DNA of 64,000 bases, taken from positions 1 to 64,000 of the IMG/VR virus record IMGVR_UViG_3300007513_000007, one strand, 5' to 3'. Both the position numbers and the translations under genes were made by a program. Shown one piece after another: positions 39,306-48,027 of this stretch. Origin of the DNA: a virus. Position 1 is the stretch's first letter; each line of letters begins with the position of its first letter. The notes beneath the pieces are model-generated. The model was not told the DNA's origin and did not search any database. It saw only the letters and a program-made list of their open reading frames with translations.

Positions 39306-39476
39306 CTAAATACTGAAGTCGATGATGGCGATGCCGCGCTTGGGAGGGTCCTCGGAAGGGCGCTCCTGCTGCTCTTGGGGCCGACGAGGCTGCGGGGCAT
39401 GGATAGCGGGGCGCTCGCGCTCCTCACGGTTCTCACGCTCTTGTCGCAGTTTCTCGATTTGCCAGGGTTGAAGCAT
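39306..39476 (-). CDS. small charged protein ending RGIAIIDFSI
   Basis: MLQPWQIEKLRQERE...; class-A promoter at 39493-39527. Confidence 0.6.
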   Translation of the reverse strand: MLQPWQIEKLRQERENREERERPAIHAPQPRRPQEQQERPSEDPPKRGIAIIDFSI

Positions 39477-39492
39477 CGTTGAATCTCCTGCG

Positions 39493-39527
39493 CTCCTTAC
39501 GGGCCACGAAGGGGGCCGGAACCCCCC
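39493..39527 (-). promoter_or_regulatory. class-A phage promoter
   Basis: GGGGGGTTCC-16 nt-CGTAAGGAG. Confidence 0.75.
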
Positions 39528-39533
39528 TCGCAA

Positions 39534-39671
39534 CTACCGACCGAAGATGGCGTCTCCACGACGAATCTTGAAGATGCGGTAGATGTCCGCACGGACCTTG
39601 CCATCCTGTCCCACGGGGAGACGAACGAACACGGTACGACCGTTGACGGAAACCATAGTGAGCTTGGTCAT
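39534..39671 (-). CDS. small hypothetical protein
   Basis: MTKLTMVSVNGRTVFVRLP... with a GGAGG RBS. Confidence 0.55.
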   Translation of the reverse strand: MTKLTMVSVNGRTVFVRLPVGQDGKVRADIYRIFKIRRGDAIFGR

Positions 39672-39686
39672 GACGACCTCCTTTCC

Positions 39687-39841
39687 CACTCTACGGGACA
39701 GTGCTGATTCGGGAACCCCCCGAATCAGCAATCCAGGACCGCGCTGACAGCAACCGAGGATTTCAACACCACGGCGAGCTACCGCCGCGCCAACAAAGTT
39801 GCGCGACGGGGGTTCCCGCTACGCACAACTCCCGTAGTGAG
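39687..39841. promoter_or_regulatory. divergent pair of class-A promoters
   Basis: Minus copy 39687-39721 (CGTAGAGTG) and plus copy 39808-39841 (CGTAGTGAG); the minus copy's -35 sits inside the inverted repeat GCTGATTCGGG...CCCGAATCAGC. Confidence 0.75.
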
Positions 39842-39858
39842 TCCATCAGGAGATCCCA

Positions 39859-40317
39859 ATGCTCATCAACGACGCCATCGTAGACCCCGCTGACATGATC
39901 GTGCCCGAGGTACGCTTCGCTGACAGCTATGAGGGGTCCCGTACCCCGAACCGGATCCGCTTCTGCGGTCGCTACGGTGACGGCTACAGTGCTGACTTCC
40001 TCTACCACCGGGGAACCGGCGTTGTCGTCCGTAAGGAAGAGGACGGCCTCTGGCGTGCGTCCTACAACGGTCGCCCCTCTATCTGGAATGGCTGGGTCCG
40101 AGAGACTCGCCCTTACATGGGCACGGGACTCTCCCTGTCCTGTAGCTGCCCCCGCGTGAAGCTCACCCAGGGCTTCAGGACTCGTCGGGAAGCTGCTCTT
40201 GCTGGTCTGGCCGTCGTCCGTAAGGAAGAGGCCCTCTGCCGCAACAGTGAGCGTGTGGACCGCAACCGCATCCGTAACAAGGCCGTGCTCACGAAGGATG
40301 GATGGCTGTATTCTTGA
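39859..40317 (+). CDS. hypothetical protein
   Basis: 152 aa, AGGAG RBS, downstream of a class-A promoter. Confidence 0.7.
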   Translation: MLINDAIVDPADMIVPEVRFADSYEGSRTPNRIRFCGRYGDGYSADFLYHRGTGVVVRKEEDGLWRASYNGRPSIWNGWVRETRPYMGTGLSLSCSCPRVKLTQGFRTRREAALAGLAVVRKEEALCRNSERVDRNRIRNKAVLTKDGWLYS

Positions 40318-40318
40318 T

Positions 40319-40353
40319 GGGGGGTTCCCTGTCAGAAGTCGCCCCGTAGTGAG
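40319..40353 (+). promoter_or_regulatory. class-A phage promoter
   Basis: GGGGGGTTCC-16 nt-CGTAGTGAG. Confidence 0.75.
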
Positions 40354-40376
40354 TCTACAAGTTCAAGGAGAACCCA

Positions 40377-41726
40377 ATGGCCCCTCGCCCGAACAAAGCA
40401 GACGAATCCTGGCTCTCTGGAGCCAAGTACCGTGCAACCCACCAGAGCACCATCGACGGTGTGTTGGGTGCTGGTGTGCGCTCCGTCTCCAGCCGGGGGC
40501 AGAACTTCTACAACAAGGACAAGTGGCCTGCACGCCAGTTCACTGCTGCCTTCTGTAAGTGGGCTGCGTCCAACCCTGACAACAGCATCCCGCTGACCCC
40601 CGAGATCGTGCGGGCCTTCTGTCTGGCCGGGAACGAGGACCTCCCCTGTTGGGAGCACCCCGAGATCGTCATCGCCTCTACGCCTGACAACCTCTCTGCT
40701 TTCATGCGGGATGCTCTGGTTGGCGGTGGCTACCATGAGGCATGGCACACAGAGTACAGCCGTCGTGCTGACCTCGACGTGGCTGAAGTCTGGAACCGTA
40801 TCGAGTCCCTGTGGGGCCTCGTCCCGAACTGGGCACCCTACGTCAAGGCGTTGCTCACCTGGGGCAACATCATCGAGGACATTCGCATCGAGCGTTGCGG
40901 GTGCCGCAAGTACCCTGGCTCCCCCAAGAAGATGGAGGCTCTGCAAGACCTCATTCTCATGCAGGAAGAGAAGGGCCGTGAAGCCTCCGAGCACCGTGGG
41001 CTTCCCACGAACGATGACATGGCTACGGTTGTCGGCACCTTCCGGGACCTGGGCCTGGGATACGACACGACGCGCCAGAACGCCGCCTACACGCAGTACC
41101 AGCGCCGTAGCTCCCAAGGGTATGCCCTCGTCACTGAAGGCCCTCTGCGGCCCCTCCTGGACCGCGCAATCGCCCTTGGAGACGAGGATGACATGGAGCA
41201 CCTCTGGATCGCTATGGAAGTAGTGGCAGTGCTTGTGGCTCTCGGCCAGCCTCCCCAGGAAGGTGACGGTCCCGAAGGTGACGGTCCTGGCGATCCTCCT
41301 CAAGACCAGGATGCCACTTGCCCCAAGTGTCGGAGCAAGGACGTGGTGTACCGTCCCTCGCAGAAGGTCATCCACTGCAACGCCTGTGGCTTCGAGCAGA
41401 AGATGGAAGAAGGCGGCGGCGGCGGCGGCAAGGGACCTTCCGTGAACGTGAAGGTGGACCCCAACGATCCCGGTGCCCAAGACGAGGGTAGTGAGTCTGG
41501 TGAGTCCAGCGAGTCTGGCGAAGGTCAGGAAGGCGAAGGTCAGGAAGGCGAAGGCTCTGGCGAGGGCGGTAGCAGCGACAAGAAGCCTGTCTTCAAGGTC
41601 GGTGACCGTGCCCGAGTCAAGGCTGGCCCCCTGGCTGGCAAGACGGTCGAGGTGACCTCTGCCTCCGCACCTGACAGCGAGGGTAACCAGGAACTTCAGT
41701 ACGCAGTGGTGGAGGATGCAGCGTAG
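40377..41726 (+). CDS. HExxH (CobT-N/metallopeptidase-like) protein with zinc ribbon, acidic linker and KOW/SH3-like end
   Basis: GGGYHEAWH, NIIEDIRIER, CPKC..CNAC, GE-rich linker, FKVGDRARVKAGPLAGKTVEV. Confidence 0.7.
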   Translation: MAPRPNKADESWLSGAKYRATHQSTIDGVLGAGVRSVSSRGQNFYNKDKWPARQFTAAFCKWAASNPDNSIPLTPEIVRAFCLAGNEDLPCWEHPEIVIASTPDNLSAFMRDALVGGGYHEAWHTEYSRRADLDVAEVWNRIESLWGLVPNWAPYVKALLTWGNIIEDIRIERCGCRKYPGSPKKMEALQDLILMQEEKGREASEHRGLPTNDDMATVVGTFRDLGLGYDTTRQNAAYTQYQRRSSQGYALVTEGPLRPLLDRAIALGDEDDMEHLWIAMEVVAVLVALGQPPQEGDGPEGDGPGDPPQDQDATCPKCRSKDVVYRPSQKVIHCNACGFEQKMEEGGGGGGKGPSVNVKVDPNDPGAQDEGSESGESSESGEGQEGEGQEGEGSGEGGSSDKKPVFKVGDRARVKAGPLAGKTVEVTSASAPDSEGNQELQYAVVEDAA

Positions 41727-41759
41727 GGGGTTCCCCCTCCCTCGTTGCCCCGTAGAGAG
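41726..41759 (+). promoter_or_regulatory. class-A phage promoter
   Basis: GGGGGTTCC-16 nt-CGTAGAGAG. Confidence 0.75.
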
Positions 41760-41774
41760 TCCAAGGAGAGTTCT

Positions 41775-43185
41775 CATGTCTATGTCCATTCTGCTCAAGC
41801 TCGGTGAAGCCATCTTTGGCACCAACAACGACCTGTCCCTCATCAGCGATGGTGAAGGTGGAGAGGGCACTGATGGTGACGGCGAAGGCGAGGGCGGTGA
41901 GCAGGACGGCCCCGAAGGTGGCGACGAAGGCCAGCCCGGTGACGGTGAGGGCAAGGACGGCGAAGGGAAGGGCAAGGGCCAACCCCAAGCTGGAAATGAG
42001 TTCTCTGGCGAGATTGGCGAAGGTGACACCACCTCTGACACCACAGGCCAGCACACCAACGGCGCTGGCGGGCACTGTGATTCAGGCTCTGCCCGTGACG
42101 ACAGGGCTATTGCCCAAGCACTCCTCGCAGCCATCGAGAACGGCGAACTGTCCGGTCTGGTGGACAACAACGATGCTCTTGGTGACGCCTTGGGTGAACT
42201 CCGGGACAAGGACCAGCCCTGTGAGGATAACGAGAAGCCCTGGAACCCCTATGACCGCTCCTCTGACACCGTAGAGCTTGTGAGAGCGCGTTCTGGTGAC
42301 AAGGAGCACGCTCTGCGCCTTGCCAACTCGGTGAAGAAGGAAGTGGCTGCTATCCGCACACGCCTCCGTTCCAAGTTCCTCCAGAACCGTGGTCGCCGCA
42401 CCATTCATGGTGTTCAGAACGGTCGTGGACTGTCCGAGCGCCGTCTGGTCCAGAGCATGGTCGAGATCACCGCAGGGTCCCGTCCTACTCGCCCTGACTA
42501 CACCAAGGTTCGCAAGCCTGACTGCTCGCTGGCTGTGGCCATCGTCCTCGATGAGTCTGGTTCAATGGGAAGCCACCTCCGGGATGCCTCTCGCGCCATG
42601 ATGGCGATTGCAGAGCCTCTGGATGCAGTGGGCGCTCCGGTCATGGCCATCGGCTTCCGTGATAGCAGCGGTTCGGGACACCACCCCAACCGTGACGAGA
42701 TTTATGCTCCCGACGGCAGCTACAACTTCCATCGCTGGGGAAGCATCCGCATCGACGTGTTCAAGCAGTGGGACGAGAAGTGGCGCAAGGTGATGCCCCG
42801 TATGGCGCGTACACGGGCCACAGGAGGCACTCCGATGTCTGATGGCGTCCAGTATGCCCTCCAGGCCCTCTCCGAGCGTCCAGAGCGCCACAGGGTCATG
42901 CTGGTCATCACTGATGGCTACCCGAATGGAGGCCACGCAGAGGTCATCAAGCGCCAGATCCGTATCGCACGGGAAGCAGGTATCGCTATCGTCGGTATCG
43001 GCATCGACTCGGGCTGCGATGCAGTGTCCCACCACTTCGACCTCTCGGTTCAGTGCCACGACATCTCCCAGCTTCCCAAGAACCTGCTGGACGTGCTGGA
43101 GGAGATCGTCTTCCCCTCCAAGTCCAAGAAGGCTGTCATCGACACCAAGATGAAGCAGTTGAAGGGGCGCAGGAAGAGTGCTTGA
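41775..43185 (+). CDS. CobT-like von Willebrand A domain protein
   Basis: Acidic Gly-rich N-terminus; MIDAS DESGS, GGTP, LVITDG; start trimmed to MSMSILL. Confidence 0.85.
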
Positions 43186-43189
43186 AAGA

Positions 43190-43224
43190 GGGGGGTTCCC
43201 GCTCGGAGCCTCTCCCGTATAGAG
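43190..43224 (+). promoter_or_regulatory. class-A promoter facing a non-coding region
   Basis: GGGGGGTTCC-16 nt-CGTATAGAG. Confidence 0.75.
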
Positions 43225-43225
43225 G

Positions 43226-43905
43226 TCAGCACAGCGAGACACCTCGCTGGTAAGTCTCAAGTCCTTGGTCTTTGTTGACCCTGACTGGAAGTGCTGGCTC
43301 ACATGGGACGTTCGAGATCGAAACCATGCAGCGCGGACGGATACGGAGAGAAGACCAGGGCAACCTCTTTGACATTCAAGTAAGTGTTTTGAGTAGCGAT
43401 CCGTATGGTCAGGGGTAAGGAAACGACCCCTCTTGGTGAGTTAGAGTCTCATCCGGTTCAAAGTAACCGAAGGGCGAATCGAGAGCAGCCCGACCCTCTA
43501 TAAGTGCCGCGCAACCCGTGACGAGCGGGGGAGGGTGCGGATTGAAGGTTCCTGTGGCGGTCGCGAACGTCACAGAAGCACCTTGGGGCGGGAGCCTCAA
43601 GGGGAACAGAAGCACGGCCCACTCTGTGGAGGCCATATCCAGGTCAGAAGCAGAGCGTCGTGTTCTACTCAAAACCCTTACTTGAATGCCAAGGAAACGC
43701 ATCACCAATAGAGCCGTTGATCCGCTTGATTGCGAGTAAAGGACCCCGCCAGGGGTCAGACGGTCATGTTCTCGGACGAAGGGTGATGTAGCGAGACAGC
43801 CTGCCGAGATTCAGGTCCTCGCTTCCCTTGGACCTCGGACATATTCTGTCCGGGTTCCATAAAATCGCCCCTCTGGGGGTGTACAAGCCCGATTCTGTGA
43901 TAAGA
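43226..43905 (+). ncRNA. large structured ncRNA candidate (ROOL-like/unclassified)
   Basis: About 680 nt with no credible gene; long-range helix 43373-43396 with 43665-43688 (23/24 complementary); more than 10 local hairpins, several with GNRA loops; own promoter. Ends are approximate. Confidence 0.65.
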
Positions 43906-43917
43906 TTTATTTCGAGA

Positions 43918-43952
43918 GGGGGGTTCCCCACAGTTCCTCCCTCCGTATTGAG
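43918..43952 (+). promoter_or_regulatory. class-A phage promoter
   Basis: GGGGGGTTCC-16 nt-CGTATTGAG. Confidence 0.75.
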
Positions 43953-44013
43953 ACCATCACCCCATCACCCCAGCGCCTCAACCCATTCCGGGTGCAGGCC
44001 AAAGGAGTTCCGA

Positions 44014-44820
44014 ATGACCATCGACGCCACCAACGCATCTTCCTTCGCCACCGCAGCCGCTCTCGCAGAAGCTCGGAACGGCACCTTCACCGGCCTGATC
44101 ACCACCAAGCGTGGCAAGGTCGTGGGTGGAACCCTCTACGGTGACGACACCGTTCACGCCGTCATCATCACTGGCTTCAGCTACATGGGTCTGGTCGAGC
44201 GTTCGCTCGCCAAGCTCCAGGCCATGTCTGCTGCTGACCTCGCTGCCCTCGTGGCCGACGGTCGGGAAGGCTACGACAGCCGCAAGAAGACTGCGAGCCT
44301 CGTGGCCCTCACTCAGGCTGACTACGTTGCCGCTCGCGATGCCCTCGTGGCTTCCTTCCAGAAGACTCTGGCGGGCACCAACAGCGCCACGACCGATCAC
44401 GTCTATGAGTCCCTTCAGGTTCTCCACGACGACGGCACGGTCGAGAGCGTCCGGGGCGCACGGGTCTACCGCTGCGTGGCTTCCAACCCCAACCACGAGT
44501 GCAAGTGCCGCGACTGCTCCGGTGACAAGCGTGCCCCCGTGGACGGTCAGGTGAACCTCTCTGGCCTGCTCATCGGCTCCAAGGTCATCACTGCTGCTGC
44601 TAACGGCCCCAAGCCTGCTGCCCGGAGTGGCGTGGCGACCGTCGCCAAGAACGCTCTTCGGAGCCGCCTGCCCATCAGCCGCTACGTCAGCTACCGTCTG
44701 GAGCAGGGTGGTTCCTGGATTCTGAACGCAGGTGGCACCGCTGCCGCAGCCGCCACCAACGGTGCGGTGACCTTCAACGAGGACCGTGTGGCTGATGCCC
44801 TCGACCTCCTGGTTGCCTAA
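44014..44820 (+). CDS. hypothetical protein
   Basis: AAAGGAG RBS before MTIDAT; strong C-ending codon bias; followed by a hairpin at 44842-44866. Confidence 0.8.
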   Translation: MTIDATNASSFATAAALAEARNGTFTGLITTKRGKVVGGTLYGDDTVHAVIITGFSYMGLVERSLAKLQAMSAADLAALVADGREGYDSRKKTASLVALTQADYVAARDALVASFQKTLAGTNSATTDHVYESLQVLHDDGTVESVRGARVYRCVASNPNHECKCRDCSGDKRAPVDGQVNLSGLLIGSKVITAAANGPKPAARSGVATVAKNALRSRLPISRYVSYRLEQGGSWILNAGGTAAAAATNGAVTFNEDRVADALDLLVA

Positions 44821-44919
44821 ACCTCAACCTCTAACCAACTGAACCCCCGTCCCTGTGGCGGGGGTTCTTGCGTCTCGTGTCCGGGTAGTAGAGGGAGGGC
44901 CTCTTGCTGGAGGTGTGCC

Positions 44920-45246
44920 ATCCCTATCTGGCCCAACACAGAACCCGGAACACAACAGAGCACCATTCTCGACTGGCTCTATGAGAACGGTCCAGACTTC
45001 ACCCCCACCACCGCCTCCATCGCTGATCACCTTGGGTTCGAGCGCAAGTACCGAACCAAGCGTGGCAAGGGTGGGTCAGTGCAGTGGCAACTGATCGCGG
45101 ATCCTGACGTGAACCTGGAGGCCCACGAGGAGCATCTCCTCGCCCACAAGATCCAGGAGGTACGGATGCGACGACTCGAACAACGCATCAAGGTTCTCGA
45201 AGACTTGATCCTGGAGATGGGGTCCCGCCTCGAAGACGCTCCATAG
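44920..45246 (+). CDS. hypothetical protein with an apparent ATC start
   Basis: 109-codon frame (IPIWPNTEPG...LEQRIKVLEDLILEMGSRLEDAP) missed by the ORF track; GGAGG lies 6 nt before ATC. Confidence 0.45.
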   Translation: MPIWPNTEPGTQQSTILDWLYENGPDFTPTTASIADHLGFERKYRTKRGKGGSVQWQLIADPDVNLEAHEEHLLAHKIQEVRMRRLEQRIKVLEDLILEMGSRLEDAP

Positions 45247-45256
45247 GGGACAACCC

Positions 45257-45478
45257 TTATTCAGAGTCGCTGGAGTCGCGTTTCTTGGTGAGCAGTCCGA
45301 GCGCAGCACGAGCAATCATGACAGTTCCAGCAAGCTGGTGCGCCGCCTCGCCGCTTTGGATGACGCCCTTGGCTTGGTCCCACCACACCGAGAGTTGAGC
45401 ACAAGCTCCAAAGGCACGAGCCACCTTGACAGGGTCATGGCCGCAGGCGGGGCAAGGTCGATGGGATCGGTCAGTCAT
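45257..45478 (-). CDS. small hypothetical protein
   Basis: 73 aa with CPAC and a purine-rich RBS. Confidence 0.5.
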   Translation of the reverse strand: MTDRSHRPCPACGHDPVKVARAFGACAQLSVWWDQAKGVIQSGEAAHQLAGTVMIARAALGLLTKKRDSSDSE

Positions 45479-45511
45479 TCTCTTCCCTCCTCCCTACGAA
45501 GACAAAAGGCT

Positions 45512-45648
45512 CACCACCGGCAGTGGTCTGCAACACCACCGGCAGTGGTTTCCTGAAGCAACGCGGGAGTCACACCCACCTGTCCCGAGACGACACGAAG
45601 CGACAAGAGACGACAAGAGACGACAAGAGACGACACGAGGTGTCCCGA
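45512..45648. repeat. iteron-like direct repeats
   Basis: CACCACCGGCAGTGGT x2 (22-bp period); seven 10-bp units at 45579-45648 (GACGACAAGA core, flanked by TGTCCCGA). Confidence 0.85.
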
Positions 45649-45832
45649 CGGGATGGACAAGAACTGGTTTGTCCGTCCCGTCGGCAGCCTGAATCAGTTT
45701 CACTGTGCCCATGCAGCCGAGCGTCACACGAGAACTCGCCAGCGATTTTGCTGGCGAACCCCGTTCGGTATGATTTCAACACCAGCTTGATGGCTGCTAC
45801 CCATAATCGCCGTTTTCAGCGTTCTACGAGAG

Positions 45833-46501
45833 GTGGTTCATATCGAAACACCTCTCACGCAACATGGACAACCCCCCGTGAAACTCCCCGCAAGCAACAC
45901 CCCAAGCAACACGGAGCCAGTAAGCCTCGCGGTGTCCCTACTGAACCAACCCTTCCTTCAGTACGAGAGGAAGCCTGCTACACAGAAAGCTCTCTCTGGA
46001 CCGCCTACGGACCCAACGTGGTGGATTCCATACAGGGACAGGGCACTCCTACATACATGCCTATGGACAGGGTGGGGTATGAACCCTCTCCTCCAGGTAT
46101 CCCTACAGCAAGCAAAGGACGCCCTCGAAGACTCTCCACTTGCTTCAAGCCTCATCCCCGAACCTCTATGGAACGACTGCTGGGAATCTCTCCAGCTATG
46201 GGAACAGGCAGCCAACCTCCTGGTATGCACACCCAAGCATCGCTACTGTGGAAATCACCTGCTATTCATCTCCCGAAAGCACACAGACCTTTCCAGGTAT
46301 CCCGGAGGACGTGTCTCTTGCAGGGAGTCTCTCTGGCGCACCTTCCACCGAATCAGGGAGGGACTCACCATCACGGAGATCCAGGAAGTGAGTGCTTCTC
46401 TCTCTGAAGTGTCTGGTATCAGTCTTCCCTCTCCCCCTCCAAGCAGACCTCGGGTATTCACTCCGCGATCTATGGCCCTGTGGCTCTCCTCGCAGAAGTA
46501 G
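45833..46501 (+). CDS. hypothetical protein (start uncertain)
   Basis: The C-terminal ~150 aa look protein-like; the stop abuts the next promoter. Confidence 0.4.
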   Translation: MVHIETPLTQHGQPPVKLPASNTPSNTEPVSLAVSLLNQPFLQYERKPATQKALSGPPTDPTWWIPYRDRALLHTCLWTGWGMNPLLQVSLQQAKDALEDSPLASSLIPEPLWNDCWESLQLWEQAANLLVCTPKHRYCGNHLLFISRKHTDLSRYPGGRVSCRESLWRTFHRIREGLTITEIQEVSASLSEVSGISLPSPPPSRPRVFTPRSMALWLSSQK

Positions 46502-46535
46502 GGGGGTTCTTACTGCTCTCCAAAAACGTAGAGAG
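46501..46535 (+). promoter_or_regulatory. class-A phage promoter
   Basis: GGGGGGTTCT-16 nt-CGTAGAGAG. Confidence 0.7.
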
Positions 46536-46559
46536 CAAGAAGACAAGGAGTTGATCCCC

Positions 46560-47021
46560 ATGCCCTCTGACCTCTACGACCTCTTTGGAACCAAGACCGA
46601 GGGACCTGCGGGTGCCCCTTACACCAAAGGGTCCATCACCTCTATGGAAGCTGCTGAAGCCATCGCTGACGTTGCTGGTAGGCTACGCAGGCAGGTGTAC
46701 CAGTACATCGTGTCCTGTGGCGCTTCAGGCACTACGGATGATGCTGCTGAAGTAGCCCTCGACATGAAGCACACCACTTACACTGCCCGTAGGGGTGAAC
46801 TGGTCAAGCGGGGACTCGTTGCTGACTCTGGGCACAAGGCAAAGACCCGTTCTGGCCGTAGGGCTACCATCTGGGTTGCCGTGAACCCCAAGAACGCTGC
46901 GAACCTCAAGGAAGTGTCGGACCTCAACAAGATCCGCACCAAGCTGAAGGGCAAGGTCAGCAAGATGTCCGAGGAACAGTGCGAAAAGGTCCTCAACGCC
47001 ATTGAAGGCTGGGGGCTGTAG
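46560..47021 (+). CDS. winged-helix DNA-binding protein
   Basis: LRRQVYQYI..GTTDDAAEVAL...YTARRGELVKRGLVADSG..TRSGRRATIW; AAGGAG RBS. Confidence 0.75.
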   Translation: MPSDLYDLFGTKTEGPAGAPYTKGSITSMEAAEAIADVAGRLRRQVYQYIVSCGASGTTDDAAEVALDMKHTTYTARRGELVKRGLVADSGHKAKTRSGRRATIWVAVNPKNAANLKEVSDLNKIRTKLKGKVSKMSEEQCEKVLNAIEGWGL

Positions 47022-47026
47022 CGCAT

Positions 47027-47251
47027 ATGTCTGATTGGGAACACCAACACACGATGGGGGAGATCCAAGAACCCTTGAAGGTCGAACTCGATGAGAACGG
47101 TACGACCCTCTTTGACATCAACCTGGGCAGCTATGTCCTCTTTGATGGCGAGGGTCGGTGTCTCCTCATCCAGAAGGACTTGCCCTTCCCCCCGGAGTAC
47201 TTGCCTGACGAGTACACCATCCTCCAGGTCGTGGAGAAGGTCGAGAAGTAG
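47027..47251 (+). CDS. hypothetical protein
   Basis: 74 aa, co-transcribed with the upstream gene. Confidence 0.6.
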   Translation: MSDWEHQHTMGEIQEPLKVELDENGTTLFDINLGSYVLFDGEGRCLLIQKDLPFPPEYLPDEYTILQVVEKVEK

Positions 47252-47254
47252 GGC

Positions 47255-47716
47255 TTACCCCAGGATCTGCAAAGGCCCCGGCCCCACATCCAGAACCGCA
47301 TCGCACTCCCAGACATACTCAAAGCCTGAGTCCGTCAGCCTGAACCACACCGTGGTGTTGTCCGCTGTACGCCTGCCACGAAAGAGCATGTTCTCAGCCG
47401 GGGGAGGGAACTCTTCGTCTGTGTGGTACTGGGAGGTATGAAGCCCGTCGATTCCGGGCATCTCGTGCCCTACGCTTGGCTCCCACCCGCGTCCCCGGCC
47501 CAACTCGTACTGCTCTCGAACGTGTGCGTTGCTGGAAACATTGCTGACGAGGTGCCATGTCAGGAACCTTTCCGGGCCTTCCCACCTGCTGATGCACCCC
47601 TCGAAGCCTTCCTCAAGCTGGATGACGCCGATGGAGTAGCCTGACGGGTGGGGATTTACGGTTTGGGCTTCTTCGCGGCTTAGCGAGTTGTAGCCATCGT
47701 CACTGTGTAGGCGCAT
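47255..47716 (-). CDS. hypothetical protein
   Basis: 153 aa, class-A promoter upstream. Confidence 0.65.
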   Translation of the reverse strand: MRLHSDDGYNSLSREEAQTVNPHPSGYSIGVIQLEEGFEGCISRWEGPERFLTWHLVSNVSSNAHVREQYELGRGRGWEPSVGHEMPGIDGLHTSQYHTDEEFPPPAENMLFRGRRTADNTTVWFRLTDSGFEYVWECDAVLDVGPGPLQILG

Positions 47717-47736
47717 GGTGCTCCCCTCCTTCTACC

Positions 47737-47810
47737 CTCCTTACGGGGGAATCCGAATCGTGGAACCTACGAGAGTGGGGGTTCCCCCTGGCTTTTCGAG
47801 CCGTAGGGAA
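47737..47810. promoter_or_regulatory. back-to-back class-A promoters
   Basis: Minus copy 47737-47767 (GGTTCC-16-CGTAAGGAG); plus copy 47777-47810 (GGGGGTTCC-16-CGTAGGGAA). Confidence 0.7.
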
Positions 47811-47813
47811 CTC

Positions 47814-47990
47814 ATGGACACTTACAAATCCCGCATCATCAAATGCCCTGGCCGCAGATGCTTCTGCTTTGGCCCCGGCTACCCCTGCGACCGTGAATCC
47901 TCAAGCAAACGCAAGGCTGCCCGTCTTGCCCGTCGTCGCCTCAAAACCGACGACCGCAAAACCTTCCGACGCCACACCCTTCCTCGTTAG
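47814..47990 (+). CDS. small basic Cys-containing protein
   Basis: MDTYKSRIIKCPGRRCFC...KRKAARLARRRLK; 58 aa. Confidence 0.5.
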   Translation: MDTYKSRIIKCPGRRCFCFGPGYPCDRESSSKRKAARLARRRLKTDDRKTFRRHTLPR

Positions 47991-48027
47991 GGTTCCTATC
48001 CGCACCTACGGGTATAGGAGAACCCTC

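Noticed and set aside
37901-42209. Long antisense ORFs (37901-39082 +, 40332-42209 -; likewise 1566-2714, 15401-16444, 53382-54482, 36877-37791)
   Set aside because: Shadow frames of strongly codon-biased GC-rich genes; no motifs, RBS or promoter
37865-43185. Cobalamin biosynthesis (true cobaltochelatase supplying NrdJ)
   Set aside because: No CobN or other cob genes here; CobS/CobT-like pairs in phages are generic MoxR-vWA systems
43373-43688. MITE/IS terminal inverted repeats
   Set aside because: No target-site duplication or transposase was seen; the repeat lies inside a larger promoter-driven structured region, so an RNA helix is preferred, though this is not excluded
45579-45648. Possible CRISPR mini-array
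   Set aside because: Units are 10 bp and contiguous with no unique spacers, and no cas genes are present
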